64,000 nt of DNA from Lama glama (GCA_028534125.1 CM052838.1:62992001-63056000), one strand, 5' to 3'. Shown: positions 48,831 to 62,560, numbered from the stretch's first letter. Numbers and translations: made by a program. The notes: a model not told the origin generated them from the letters alone.

Positions 48831-50684
48831 TACCTGACAATCCTGGGCTGGCAGGGGAGAGGGTCAGGCCCCCAGCCGGGCGTGCACACACAGACACACC
48901 CACACAGACACACGCACACGCACAGCCCTCTTCTGCCCCCGGGTCTCTGGAACTCCCTGGCTGATGAGATAGCATCTCCAAAGGAATGCTTTTAGCTGCC
49001 TCACACTTCTCTCTCAAGGAGAATTTGAACAATAACAAAACGCAGGCAGAGGCAGCCCCAGACAAGACGGTTTCGTTTCGGTGGAGAAGTCACGAGAGAG
49101 AGCACCGTGGTGGCTGGAGCCATCTGGGCAGTGTCGGCGGGCCACGGTGCCGCCTCCCTCTGCTCCACGTGAGCTCTCGGCTGCTTTTGATATTTGAAAA
49201 TGATGCAAACCAGAGGGCCCGGAGTGCGGGCAAGCCGGGAGAGCCGTCTCGGGTAAGGAGTTGGCCTGTCTCTGGTCAAACCTTTCAGGGTCTGTCTGCA
49301 GAATCTGCGTCTCAGCTTTTTCCAGGAGGTTCCCTGTGCTGCTACTCCCAACACGAGTGCCTGGGCTGCTTCCGTCCTGGAGACGCTGGATCAGATGAAC
49401 GGGTGCCGGGGTGTCCCCAGTGCGCCCCGCATCCGTTTAAGACATCTGTTTGATTCAAGAAGAATCAGCCCTTCAGAGTGTCCGGGGCTGCGCCAGAGAA
49501 GCGAGGCTGGGCTTTTGTCTGGCGTTTGGAAGCTGTGCGGCCAGAATCCAGGATACTGACCTTTATAGGAAATGAAAGAAATAAGCAGAACACACATCAT
49601 CAAGTTTCCAGCTTAATTTCAAGGACTTTCTTCACATTGAGGCTTCATTTAAGTGTTGAATGAACATTTGTTATTTCTTGGATAGTCATTTGACCAAGAA
49701 AGAAGGCAGGAGTCACTGCAGTGGAATTCCTCTGCCCCAGGGGAGAGAAGGGAAGGGTGGGCACCTGGCCACAGAGGCTGGAGTTCCCCTTAAGGGCACA
49801 CTTTTGTCCTTTGATGCGTGTGACAATGACCAAAGAAACTGAGCAGCGCGCTGTTTGTAAGTGCCAGCGCCAGAGTCCCTGGTCTCTAGGTTATAGGAAC
49901 AACTGCCCTTTCTTGAAATTTCTCTGGTTGAACACACACCTCTCCTCTGTACTCTGATTCTTTCATTTAGTTTTTGTTTATCCGCCAGCCAGACGGTGGC
50001 CCGCTAGAGCACGCTCACGCTGCCCCTGGTCGCTTCTGCCCCAAAGCCCCCAGGTCACCCTGGGTGCCACCCCCCCCCCCGCTTTGGCCTCCATCAAGGC
50101 CAAGTAGAGTGGGTTCAGGAAGCCAGTGAGGGGTCTACTCTTCCTCATGTGCTCTAAGAAACTTTAAGCCACATCCCAGCAGATATAAAGGACATGCCTC
50201 ACACAGCGATGCTTCGAAGTCACAGTTAAAGATGACCCACATGTGCAGTGTCCACTGTCCCCATCACAGAGGGGCCAGTTGCCTGAGACATCTGAGCTGT
50301 GTCTGAGTGTCGGCCACTGAGTCAGCGTCGGGCTGACTTCCTGTGGACGCCAGCCTTCTCTGGAGAGGCTCCTTCTCTGTTAACCAGTTTTTGCACTGCG
50401 ACTCTCAGTACCATCAGTGTCACCAACCCAGAGGCATTTCTACAACTGCAGCAGCACCCTCCTGCCCTCCCCCCATGCCAGGGACTCCGTGCAGCAACTA
50501 GCAGTGACCCCACCAGGCCAGCAGAGGGGGCCGTCCCCACCGCTGTGTGGGCCCCTCCGCAGGGATGGGCCCTTCTGCTCGGGTGACACACGGTCTGTTA
50601 AAACCACACACAGGTGCTGCAGCCCTGCCTTCCTCTTCCTGCTTCCTGCGGAGAAATAACCTCCCTTCCAAGGGCATGGGGGCT

Positions 50685-50790
50685 TTCAATGTGAAGATGG
50701 GGAACCTGAGGCTCTGAGAAGGGAAAACTTTCCAAGGTTAGGGAGCCGGGAGAGGCCAAAGCTAAGGGACGCCCAGGCCTTGCTGTGTTG
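50685..50790 (-). mobile_element. MIR fragment
   Basis: agatggggaacctgaggctctgagaaggg...ccaaggt. Confidence 0.65.
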
Positions 50791-51403
50791 CTGGGGTCTG
50801 GGCCCGGTCTTCGAGGCATCTTGTGGGGCCACACCCTGCTCTCCCCATCACAGCCCTAGGACCCTGGGCTGTAACTTCCTGTAGACTTGTTGGCCCACCT
50901 CTCAGTGAACATCACCTGCATCGGGCAGCTTCCTAATCTGGCACCTAGTAGGCTGCTGGCGCTCCCCAGATATCCCTCAATGAGAAAGCGGTGGGTGGAG
51001 ACCTTCTCCGAGGAGGCTCTTCCAGTGACTGGAGGCAGCCATCCTCGCTCGGTCCCCCAGGAATCCACTGTGCTTCATTGGTACCCTTGTGTAGCTCTTA
51101 CCTGTGGCACCCTTGTCCCATACCATTCACAGTAATGCCTGTGCCACTGCAATAGTCACAGAAGTGAATACAGCCCCCAAGCATCTCAGCATGCTGCTGT
51201 CCATTCTTCCATGAGCATCTCCAGGTGCCAGGCCCTGGGTCAGGATGGGCTTCACGACAGAGTGGGTACCGACTTTGCGGGGCCACTCACAGCCCATGGA
51301 GGGGGCAGCCTAGTGGGAAACTCCGCCTGTTATGATCTGCATGCAGGGAAATATGGGGAGAGGACAACTGGGGGTTCCAAGAGGTGTGTCTGAGAAAAGG
51401 AAG

Positions 51404-51485
51404 GATGAATGGATAACTGAGTGAATGCAGGAACGAATGAATGAATGAACAGGAAGGTGAGTGAGTGAGTGAGTGAACGGGTGAG
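51404..51485. repeat. (TGAA)n/(TGAG)n simple repeat, probably an L2 tail
   Basis: gaatgaatgaatgaac...gtgagtgagtgagtgagtgaac. Confidence 0.75.
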
Positions 51486-53107
51486 GAGGCCAAGTTCCCG
51501 GCCCCTCCTCTTCTCTCCCTCCGCACCTGCTCTGATCTGACCTCCCGCCGTCTGAGGACACTCAGGGGAGCTCAAGGTTGCTTCACTGTTTCCTCTTCTT
51601 GCAGCTCGTGGGAGACGGTGACCAGTGGTCCTAATGGAAAGAAAATGCTGGCCAGCTCTGCAACTCAGGATCCTTTTCATTTCTGCAGAATGGAAGTGAC
51701 GCTTTTATTTTAAATAATTTTAAATTGTTATCTTAACTGCCCTTCCCCGAACATCGTATTTGTTTTTCCATCCGAAAACCGTCTCCAGATAGACTGCTGC
51801 ATCTGTTTGTCCGTCTGTCTCTCCGGTCTTCTTCCCTGATCCCAGCTTTCAGACACGTCTCTCTCCACTGGGAGACACTCTTCCCCACACCAGGTCACCG
51901 GCAGATGCACAGTGACGTCCCCAAAGCCGGCTCGAGACGGCTTCCTGCCGGGTCTCACAGCCAAAGTGAGATTTGTCACGAAACCCTCAGCACAGTCAAG
52001 GCGTTTTCTCTTTTTCATCTGACGTCAAAAATATAGCTGCTTGCAGTTTTGGTCTCCTGTTTGAGTTTTATGTTTGGCTTTGTTATTGAGGGACTAAGAA
52101 TTTATAAAAAAAAGCCTGACTTGAAGCAGCCTGGGGGTGACTGCCTGGGGGTCCCCCCGTCTCATAAAAGAGCTCAGACGGGGCTGCTTTTGTGTGGTGC
52201 TTGTTGGTTTCTGAGCCGAGCACTGCTTCGCTACCCGTGTGTGGAGACATCCTTCTCTCTGCCTGTCACCTTAGGAACACTGTCTTCCTTTGTAGGCCAA
52301 GTGGGGGGGGCAGCTAGAAGTCAGGGAGGTCAGGGAAGTGTCCCAACCCTGAAAAAGAAGTAAGTATCTTCTATTTATCCTCAAACTTCCTTTATATATG
52401 CACTGAGCAGAGAGAGGCAGACACCCGAGGCTCTGACCCCAGCCAGCCCCTCTCCAAGGAAACTGTGCCATCTGCATTCCCTGTGGCCCTTCAGCCAGGG
52501 TCAGAGCACAGGGTTGTCCCCGCGGACAGGACCACGATCCAGGTGTCCCCTCCTCAGCTGCAGCAAAGCCCCGCCCGGTGAACACGACTCCCGGTGACTG
52601 GAGAAACCAGAAGGACCGTGGATGGGAAGCGGGAGGTCCCAAAACAAGCGTTTTCCACGCACATTTCTTCCACGCGCAGGAGGAGCATGCCGCCACGCGC
52701 AAGTCGGATAGTTCTGGAAGTTTCCGGTGTGACAGTCTGAGCAGGAGACTCACCGAACTGGCTTATCGTCCATAAGACAACTGGTTTTGAAAGTGGAAGG
52801 AGAGCCAAACCGAGGCACACAGAGCCCAGGAGGGGAACTGGAAGAAAGATAAGACCTGACCAGTTTGCCTGGTTTTCAAGCCCTCCGGGAAGAGCGGCAG
52901 GTGCTGAGAAACCGCCAGCCTTCCCAGCCACCCCGTCTGCGCTGGCAGCGACCACGCAGCCCGGAAGCCGTGGGACTCCTGTCCCTGGTGTATCCCCTCC
53001 AGGCCAGGAGGCCGCTGTGTTGTCTTCACCTTGTTGAGACTTGACCTTTCCCTTCACACGAGCCCCAGCTGTGTCGCAATACCAGGGGGCCCTGGGTTCA
53101 GAACCTG

Positions 53108-53175
53108 CTTTCATTCAGCCGTTCACCAAATACCTATCGAGACCTACCATATGTCGTGCAAGGCACTGGGCGACC
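53108..53175 (-). mobile_element. L2 tail fragment
   Basis: ttcattcagccgttcaccaaatacctatcgagacctaccatatgtc...aggcactg. Confidence 0.65.
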
Positions 53176-53179
53176 TCCC

Positions 53180-53335
53180 CATCTTTCCTGCACCTCTGTT
53201 TTCTCGTAAGCAAAGTAAAGGATAAAAATGAAAGCATCACAGAGGAGGTGAGAGGATAAAGTGTAACGATGAACCCACTGCCTGGGGCGTGGTCCCAGAC
53301 ACAAAGGAACTGACCAAAGCGTTAGCGCTTATTAT
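53180..53335 (+). mobile_element. MIR fragment
   Basis: cctctgttttctcgtaagcaaagtaaaggataa...tcacagaggaggtgagaggataaa...cagacacaaag...gttagc..ttattat. Confidence 0.6.
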
Positions 53336-54807
53336 AAAGGACCTGACTTGTGGAGCTAAATTTTCCAGGTCGGGGAGACAGGGAGCTGACATGGGGCCGG
53401 ACAGTGCTGGAGGTGACACTTAAAGTCACGGCCAGGTGTCACCCATCTCCTTGACTGAGATCGAGGCTTTTGGAAAACACAGCAACAATTCATGAGCTTC
53501 CTTAGGGTCCTCTCAGGACCCAGAACTCAGCGCTGCTGTTAAGTTCTTGCTCCTGATGGACCAGTGGCCCCACACCCTCTGAGAAGAACGAGACAACGGG
53601 GGCCAACAGGGATCCAAGAGGGAGCCTGTGTACAATCGAGAAGAAGGGTCCTGTGAAGACTTAGCACATGACGGAAACACTCATCGGTGCTGTCATGACT
53701 ACACGGTCAGCATTATGACTGCAATGGTCTCCTGTGCTCAGCCTTACGCAGCTAGTCAAATGCCTTGTCTTACAAGTAGGAAAAAATGCTCAGGTAGGTG
53801 GGGCACCCACCCAAGCCGGAGAGGCGGGGGCATCTCAAACCCAACGTGCTGTCTTTGGGTCAACTGGTCAGCCAGATTGTGCCCAACACGGTGCAGCGTC
53901 ACTCAGCCTGTGAATCTTGAGACCATTCTTGTGCTTTTGTGGAGTCAGAGTTTAAAAAAAAGAAAAAAAATACGTATACAAACATTTCAACGACAAGGTA
54001 ATTGCAGCGTATGAAAGATGTGTGGTCCTTAGACACCACCTGTGGGTCTGTGGAATTCTATTTTCCTGCTCTCTTTTTTTTCTTTTCTTTTCTTTTCTCA
54101 GAGTGTTCTGTAACAGTGAAAGAAAGTAACAGGTCACCTCTCTGCCTTTGGCACCTGGAAACTTTCCAAGGTGGGCTAAAAATAAGTGATGGATGAGAAC
54201 GTGTTCTCCCGACGCCGGTGAGAGACCCGGCTCGGGTCAGAATGGCCCCGTCCTCTTTGAAGGAAAGAGGCACGCAGAGCAGAGAGCGCGGCGGCCGGCG
54301 GTAGGGAAGCCAGGGTTGGTTTTGTCTCCATCAGTCATGAATCAGGGCCTGCAGCGACTTCATTCTCACCTGCACGTTGAGGGGGCTGGGCCACCACTTG
54401 AATGCTCTGAAATGCCTCTGTTTCCTGTAGCCAGAGACAGCAGTCATCCGTGGGGCTCCCAGGACCCTGCCTGCTCGGGCACGGTGGTCCCAGGGGCCCC
54501 TGGTGGCACAGCCAAGTCACCACCATTAGCAACTCAGAAGCACACAATCCCTGGCTTTAGGACCCGGAGGACAGTCAGGAGAAGGGACAGGAGAGGGTCC
54601 CGAGACGCCTCGGGGAGGACGAGATGCCACACCTGCCGGGCTCTGACTGTGCTGACGGGAGGGGGGCCCCGCCAGCGAGGGGTGGGAAACTCTCCTAGCA
54701 ACTCACTTTTAACAAACTACCTCCAAAGCTGCTTTAAATCATTTACCGGCTTCAATATCCCAACTGCCCGTGTATTTTTCATCTGTTCCCATCCCTACAG
54801 GCTGTCT

Positions 54808-54963
54808 NNNNNNNNNNNNNNNNNNNNNNNNNNNNNNNNNNNNNNNNNNNNNNNNNNNNNNNNNNNNNNNNNNNNNNNNNNNNNNNNNNNNNNNNNNNNN
54901 NNNNNNNNNNNNNNNNNNNNNNNNNNNNNNNNNNNNNNNNNNNNNNNNNNNNNNNNNNNNNNN
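54808..54963. other. N-run (156 N)
   Basis: Directly visible; both flanks look unique. Confidence 0.97.
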
Positions 54964-55499
54964 TTCACAAGGCCAGTGAGTGCCTAGAACCAGCCACGGA
55001 AGCGGGACCAGCGCGCGCCGACTCGATGCTTTATGGGACTATTAATAAGTATGGATGGCTACGTCTCTTTAATTTTACCTTGGCTTCGGGGAGCCTTATT
55101 TTCCTAGGGATTTAGGTTAGCTCCCAGATGGTACAAATCAGGATCAATCTTCTTTTCGAGTTAAAAGAATCACTCTCACTCCCATTCCTGCCATTTGTCC
55201 TCCAGGCTCCCCCTTCCCGCGACCTCGCTAAAAATAACTGCCAGTCGTTTGTGGAATTTGTTTGCTAATTCCCAAGGTCCCGAAAGGTCCTTGCAGGTGA
55301 CATGCAATAAACTCGACCAGCTCAAATTTCCTAAGTTATCTTGAGCCATCATTTGCTGTTTCGGGGTGGAGAGAGCCATTTTCTGAGCTCTCTCAAACGT
55401 ACGTGTTCTGTTTTTCTTGTGAAACGAAAGCAGGGCGGTATTGGAGATCATTGCAACGACGTCGTCTGTGACTTGAGCATGTGATGTCATGTTTCTGGG

Positions 55500-55635
55500 G
55501 CGTCTCCTGTTTATCACACGCTGCTCTGGGCAGTAGGGATCCATCAATGAACAAAGGGATGTGACTCCTGCCCCCGTGGTGCCTACCTCCAGTGGAGTGG
55601 GCCAGACGACACAGAAGTACGGCAAACAGGTGAAG
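55500..55635 (-). mobile_element. L2 fragment
   Basis: ctgctctgggcagtagggatccatcaatgaacaaa...cctgcccccgtggtgcctacctccagtgg matches reverse L2. Confidence 0.75.
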
Positions 55636-58600
55636 CCCACGGTTTTTTAGAGGACGGTGAGTGTGAATGGGAACGTGAATAGAAAGACAGAGTGGTGGCC
55701 TTTGGGCAGGAATCCGCCGGGACCACGTTTAGCTTCGGCAAAGAGCGTGATCAGCCGCCGGGCGCCCTGTCTGCTCCTCTCCCAAGCGGCCTGCCTCCCG
55801 CATCTCCCCCCCTGTGCCTCCCCTGCTGCCTTTCTCTTCCTGGAGCCCTTTCTCAGCCCCTCACGGCCCTGGATCTCCCTGTCCTGTTCTCTGCTGTCCG
55901 GACACCCACTGAGGTCCCTTTCGTGGTCAGCCTTTGCTTGTTGGCCTCTTGGATTTTAGTCTCTCTTTTGTCCAACAAGCAGGAAGAATTCAGGCGCATT
56001 CTGAAGAAGCCCAGCGATAAGCCACTGCTGTCCTGTTAGACTAGAAACCAGTCTGATGTACCAGGAAGGTCTGTTATCACCAAAGCAGGGGCATGGGAAC
56101 TGGAACAAGACGTTGCAAGAATCAGAACTAATTGTTTTTAGAATCACACACGTTTGTTAAAACACATTCTATGGAATTGTGCCAAGTAGCGGCTCCACGT
56201 CGGTCAACATCACCATGCCTGCCTTTGTTGATGTTCACAGACGGCATGTGAAAATGGCAGAAAACACTTGCCTTTTTTTGCCAAGAAAGATGCATTTTCC
56301 TTGGGATCCAATCAGCATTTTGCAATTTATTATTTAAGATGCGTTGCTAGATTTTTGTAGACACTTTAAAGCCGGATTGGAAAGTGTACTTTGAGGCCGA
56401 ATCCATTCCGTTTGACCTGTCTCTCTGGGCCGCTATCTGGGACGCGTCTCAGTTTTCTCCCTGTCTCCTCCAGCCTCCCCACAATCCTTCACCGGCCCGC
56501 CCGCCCCCCCGTCTTTATGCCCCATGAATCCCGGGCACGCTGCCATCCCATTACAGCCTCCTTCCGCACGCCCCCCTTCCAGCTCCACAGCCCCCCCTCC
56601 CCTGACCTCTCAGGCAGTTCCTGGCGCCCCTCCAGGACCCCCTATCTTTGGCTGTTAGAGTTTCGGAGCACAGCAGCTGCGACCGGCTCCTCCGCTGGGC
56701 CCTGATACGGGGCTGCATGGAAGCGTCGGATGCTCCAGCTCGCGCTGCCCTGGGGACCCCCTGCACGCGTGTGGGCCATGTGAGCTCTCGGGCCAGCGTG
56801 AGGGCGGCAGTGCCCAGCTGCCCCCAACCCGGTGGGAAGTTGTCCTTAAAGAGGATACGGGAAGCCTGCCCCAGCGCCCACTCATCAAAGTCACCACCGC
56901 CCAGAAGACCAAGATGCGAGTGAGTTAAGCTGAAGGTGAAGTGTATCTCAGGTGGCTTTTTTCCCTCTGATGAACTCTTCCAAGTTGTAACCCTCACACA
57001 AAAGGTGGACGGCAGACTGGTGGCTCTGGGATGGAGGCTGGCCACGTCCGGTGCGGTCATCCCTGCACCCTGGGGGAGGGAGGGGGGGGAACAGCTATGG
57101 TGTCCTTGTTCCATTTTTAAATAAAGAGCCTAAATCAAATGGCCCGCTGTCCATTGTATTAATTAAATCATCACGGTGGCGCTGTGAGGAAAACTAGGTG
57201 AGCTCAAGACACTGTTACTTGGGAGCTGGGCGGGAGTGGCCCCAAGCCCCAGAACCCAGTGGGTGGGTTCTGATGGATTAGGTGCGGACCCACTTCCTTA
57301 AGAGCCCCGGGATGAAGCCCTCCGGGCCAGCTTCTTCCTGCTCCCTCGCCTGCAGGGCCCAGTATCATCAGAGGGGTCCAACTTTGTTTTCTGGTTTCAA
57401 CTCTGTATTTCTTCCTTTCCGCTTGTTTGTTTGTTTATAAACACAGTAGAGAGGGAGTGAGGACCGAGCCGGGTCATCTTCCTGAGGTAGAAAGCAGGGG
57501 TACAAGGACTCTTTGTTCCCACCCCTGCCGCCCTAGGACTGATGTCAATGCCAGAAGGCCATGCTGACAAGGATGCCTTCGCCCTTCTGCCTCATTTGCA
57601 TGCCAGCGTGTCTGCCTCCTGACCTGTGTGGAGGAATGCATCGTTGCGGAGAAAGCGCACAAGCAGAAAGACAGGCGCACGGGATGCTTGGCGGAAAGAT
57701 GTGCTTGGCGGGGCCGGACGATGCCCTGCACTCAGGGGTCACCATTTCAAGCTACGTTCCCGTAACTTCTCAGCCTCTGCACGTTGTCTGCAATTCGAGC
57801 CACTGCCTGTGTTTCGTTTCTTTCTCCTCCCCATTTAGTAGGTCAATGCACACGTTAAAAAATAGTGACTTCCATCTCGTGCAGGAAATGGGGCCTGAGA
57901 AACTTCAGTCGGCTTATCGAGTCTGCTGGCGCCGTGTGAGAGCTGTCTGGCTCCATCTCTATGACTTCTCTGTCCAGTATCTGGCTAAGGCTGTTGCCAG
58001 ATCACTCTTCTCCTATTCAGGTGAAAGCATTTTAAAGCTGGAAGTACCCTCCGAGCGAGAGTCAGCAAAGAGACTTTGCAGACGGAGACGCTGGCTTTCC
58101 CACTGTCTTCTGCGTAGTGAACTGCTAGCGGGCAAAGCGCTGGCCCTTCTGACTTCCGGGCTGCTCACTTCGGAATTTTAGTTTATACCTTTAGAAGCAA
58201 ATGTTTGACTAGAGAAATTCTGCAGAAAAGTTTGCAAGGTTTTTGTTTCTTATTTGGATTGTTTTTATTATAAAGTTGTCCTGGTCCTTTATGTACTGCT
58301 TTAGCTATTTTATATACTTTTCTGATTCTGTGGCATTATTGGTGTTTTTGTTTTGTTTCATCTTTTGAGAATATAACGTGTAATTTTGTATTTAACACAA
58401 GGAAAACAAGCCACCTTTTACTGAAGTCCAAGGTACATAAAGTCTCAGAAATGAATGAGTGTCTTACCATCCTGGTACCTGACCCCGGATATACTCAGAG
58501 TTGGAGATAAAAGTTAAAACTGATTTTTTTGGAAGAGTTTTCTAAGAGCTGCTCCCTACCGGGAAGTGGCCACGTGCTCCAGGCTGCGGGGTGAGCCCAG

Positions 58601-58949
58601 CCTGGGCCGTCATGTCCTGGGAGGGTGGCTCATGACCCCAAAAGCGATGACAATGCTTCTCAAATAGAAGGTGCGATGCACCCCAGCTTGGCCACCGTGA
58701 GAGAAAGAACAAACAGTCGCTGTCTACGACTTATTTAAGTGTGAACTAGCAGACACCGAGAGCATCCAAGCTGGTAAACACACTAAATCGAATTAAAAAC
58801 CAAGCAATAAAATGACTGGGTTGGAGAATGTGACAGGCCAGGCCAGGAAGGAGCACAGAGAGCTCTCCTCTGAGTGTCTTTTCACCGGAATCCTCCTCCT
58901 TCACTCCGTCCCCCGTGGGAAGGGTTGGGTCTTGAACTCCTCGTGAAAT

Positions 58950-59180
58950 CTTCAAACACATAATAAGAATTAATCACCATTAGCGGTCTATTTTAACAGC
59001 TGCCTGCTACCTCCGTATCCGCTGCAGCTGCGGACTCCCCTCCCTCTGCTGACATCATAATCCCATTACAGCGGGAAACTTGCACACATAAAATGCAGAT
59101 TTAAGCTGATTTTGAAACAACTTCTGCTTGTTAATTGCTCCAGTCTATATCACAAGAAGAAAATCGCAGCTTTCCCGGGG
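58950..59180. promoter_or_regulatory. CNE-like element with homeodomain dimer sites
   Basis: TAATCCCATTA at 59058-59068, TAATCACCATTA near 58971, TGCTGAC, CATAAAA, TTAATTG. Confidence 0.35.
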
Positions 59181-59353
59181 CAGCGCAGCTCCTCCCGGCC
59201 CGAGGCAGGAGCCCTGTCCGGCTTTCTCTGGTTAGGAGTGGCCCCCAAAGCTCAGCCATCTCTGGCAGCTTTCAGTTTACTGACACGCTCATGGTCTGAA
59301 TTTGTCCAGTGGTGGCAGCTGTCCGTCTGCTCCTTACTCCCCTCTCTCCCCAG

Positions 59354-59393
59354 ACAGACCTGGCTGGCGGCGAAGAAAACGTCTTGAAGCCAG
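59354..59393 (+). other. Candidate short exon (40 nt, or 36 nt from the second AG)
   Basis: Polypyrimidine tract ctccttactcccctctctccccag, then CAG|GTGAGC donor, with GAAGAA inside; no homolog recognised. Confidence 0.2.
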
Positions 59394-61278
59394 GTGAGCC
59401 TCGGGAGGTAGGGCCCCACTGCAGCCGCAGCTCAGGACCAGCTCCGTCCTGTTTCTGCAAGGAAATTCGAGGCTCCTTTCCTTGCCTTGCTGAGTCCAGT
59501 GGGAGAACTTGATTGTCTGGTCCGGTTGATGTCCACCGCCACCACCCCCTTTTTTAACAGGATAATTTCTTGACGGATTCCACTCTAGCCTTTACATTTA
59601 TGCCTCATTTTCACCTACATTTGTGCAGGCTATGAAATCTAAGGAAAAATGTTTATTGAAAGAATTTGCAAGTGTGAATTCCTTCCCCTCTGGTGGTGTG
59701 CACAAACATAGGAGTGGGCTATCCGTGCTTTATCTGGGTCCTGAGATATTGAGGGGTGAGGTGGCTGTGATTCAATTAATTACAATTATTTTGGCTTCTA
59801 GCAAATTGCATTGTTAACATGACGAAAGGAACACAGGAGGAGTTAAAAACCTACCGTGTCAAAAACAAAAAAACTTAATTGTAACACATGGGGATGTCTG
59901 AGATATTCTGAAAAGTTCCAGCCTGAAACAGACTCACTGAGATTTTAAGCCACAAAGAAGAGTCCAATTTGTATTTTGAAATGGTTCTGAGTGATTTGTT
60001 TTTTAGGTTAAAAGGTTCTTTTTTTTCCCCCTTGTCTTTAATCGGGGGACTTCTGTAGCCCCACCTGCTGTTCATTAGTGGAAGTGTTAAGGATTATGAA
60101 AAGCCTGGCTTTTTTTCTTCCTTTATTCCAGTAGCATTTTGGATTTATCCTGCATAAATTCAGACTTAGAGAAATCAGTGACAGTGTTCTTGGATGACTA
60201 AACTGTAGGCAAATATGATGGGAGAACTTCTTTTAAGAAGGAGGGACGTAGAAGTCACCCAAACCTGCCAAATATTTGGTACCACTCCACAGGAGGGAGA
60301 GCCCTTCTCGGCTTCAGGCTACTGATCCAGAGACTCTGACATCAGAATGAATTCCTGACCCCATGAGGAAGGTGCCCTTATTCTGGGTGAATCTTAGCAC
60401 TCATTTGGATAGAAAACAACACTTGTCCTCCGTGCAAAGGTAGGCTTCGGCAGGTTTGCCTCAGTGGCCCTCACGAGAGGGAATCAGGCTCTTGGCTCAG
60501 CGCTTGGATCCTCCCCCAGGGTGGGGAGCTCCCAAGGTGACCTCCAGGAAGCTCCGCGCCCCGTCTTTTGGCATCCTTCATCACCACCTGCTGTTGTCAG
60601 GCAGGAGCTCTTCCCAGAGTGTGATGAATTGCCAGGTCCGTCGTGCCTCTGATCAAAGACTGCGTGCGGTGCCCCAGCTTGGCCAACAACTGAGCCGAGA
60701 TTATTCAGCCTGAATCGCCAAGTGTCTCTTCCTCTGCGATGTTTAACTAGCCTTTGGTTCAGACTGACATCCCTGAGACAGCCTTCCTCCTGGCCCTCCT
60801 GTTCTGTTCTCACCACTGAGTCGCCCTTTACCCGGCAGAGGACTCCCCTGTAACATCACAGACCTCAGTAACTTGGGGTTCGTGCTGCAGAACGGGGACC
60901 CTGCTTCTCGAAGCCAGTCACAGCATGCGAGCAATTCCTGGGCTCTGAGCTGGAAGGCCGCTGATCTACCCGACAATCTCGGCAGAAGCTCTTGGTCTCT
61001 TCCCCAAAGAGAAAACCCAGCACTCGGCTTGCTCGTCTCTTGTCCGGTGTATACGAGTATTGCAAGGACTGATGCCAGTTCAGAGAAAGCCTCAGCTGAA
61101 ACTCTGCCTGCCCTGAGCCTCATGTCCTAAGAAGGATTCTCAAAGCCCTACTCTTCACGAAATAGGGGTATATTTTGGAGAGGGCAGGTCCAAGACTGGA
61201 GCTGCTCACTGCCGAAAACCAGCTCCAGGAAGAATGATTTATCATATGTGTCAACTGATTGCTAGAGAATGAAGTCTT

Positions 61279-61318
61279 CACACACACACACACACACATA
61301 CACACACACACACACACA
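61279..61318. repeat. (CA)10 TA (CA)9 microsatellite
   Basis: Directly visible. Confidence 0.97.
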
Positions 61319-62493
61319 AATGTATCTTTATTAAGACTTCCGAGATCTGCCCTGAATAAACCAACTATATAACTTCCAACTCTCACTGCAGTGTTTGGAC
61401 ACTTATGAAACCTAGTAATACATTTGTTTTCTTTTCTTCGTTCAGCGTCATCTTGCATAGCCAGACTGACATTCCATTTGAAATTCAGGTTTGTTTCTGA
61501 ATTTGGGGCCCAGGGGAGCTTCTCCCCTCTTTCACCCAGGATGGACCAGGATGGGAGGGTGCAGGTGCTGGAGCCGGTGCTGCAGGGGGTCTGCTGGGCA
61601 CTCCCTTTGGCTGGAGCCGAGAGCAGCTCTGGACAAAGACCTGGGGTGGCTGGATGGCACCTTCATCCTGTGTCTCTGCAGTTTTCTTGAGATTGCAGAA
61701 GAACTTTTGAGTAATCGGGTCCTTGGAATTCATGCACCCGGACCATTTGCAGTGGTTTGTATTTGACTCGCGTCCCTTGGATTTCCCAGGTCTCTCTCGG
61801 TCCTGTGTTCCTCACCCGGTAGCGTGCTCTTTCATCCAGTCGGTAAACAAGCAGTCCCTCCGGCTCCTGCACAAATGCCAGTGCATGGATTGGCCATTAA
61901 GAGAGCCTGTTATGGGAGCTGTCACAGGTCCTTCCGGGAAGGAAACACATCCCCTGGATGTTGTCCCCTGCTCCCCTACCCCAGGGTTGGGACGCTCCTG
62001 TCCCTTAGAAGCAGGTCTTTTGATTTTAGTGGTGTGTTATAGCTTCATCCACTGTGTTCAGTGATTTGTCTTTCAGTCTCCATCAATGCCTCTGATTTCA
62101 TTTCACACTTAAGCAAACTGGAAGCCTTTGTGGATCCACACGAAGAAGGGGGTGCACACTGGGACTGTCACAACGTGGTAACTGGAGCGGCCTTGAAGGC
62201 CAGGCCAGACTGCTGAAGGCAGGTCACGTCTGCCTGGAGCTGCTCTCCTAGTGGGTCTGAGAGCAGGGGACCCATGGCCTACTGGGCCTGTCGCGGGGAA
62301 GATGGACACTCAGCAGCCCTATGTGACACGTGGACTGTCTGGCTCTGCAGGGACCCTGAGTGACCACAAACTTGACACAAAAGTTTCCAGAAAGGAGTTG
62401 TCTGTTCCCCAGGATAAGCTGTATTTTCCAAGAGGAAGAATGAAGTCAGATAGAAAGGAAGCGAGATCAACCTTGCACCTGGCTTTGAGAATT

Positions 62494-62560
62494 AGAAAAG
62501 AAGAAAAGATGGAAAGAAAGTAAGAAAGAAAGAAGGAAGGGAGGGAGGAAGAAAGAAAGT
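62494..62560. repeat. GA-rich low-complexity tract
   Basis: agaaaagaagaaaagatggaaagaaag..agaaagaaagaaggaagggagggaggaagaaagaaag. Confidence 0.85.

Noticed and set aside
52020-52027. Full CRE palindrome TGACGTCA
   Set aside because: A single 8-mer in 64 kb is near chance expectation and has no supporting context.
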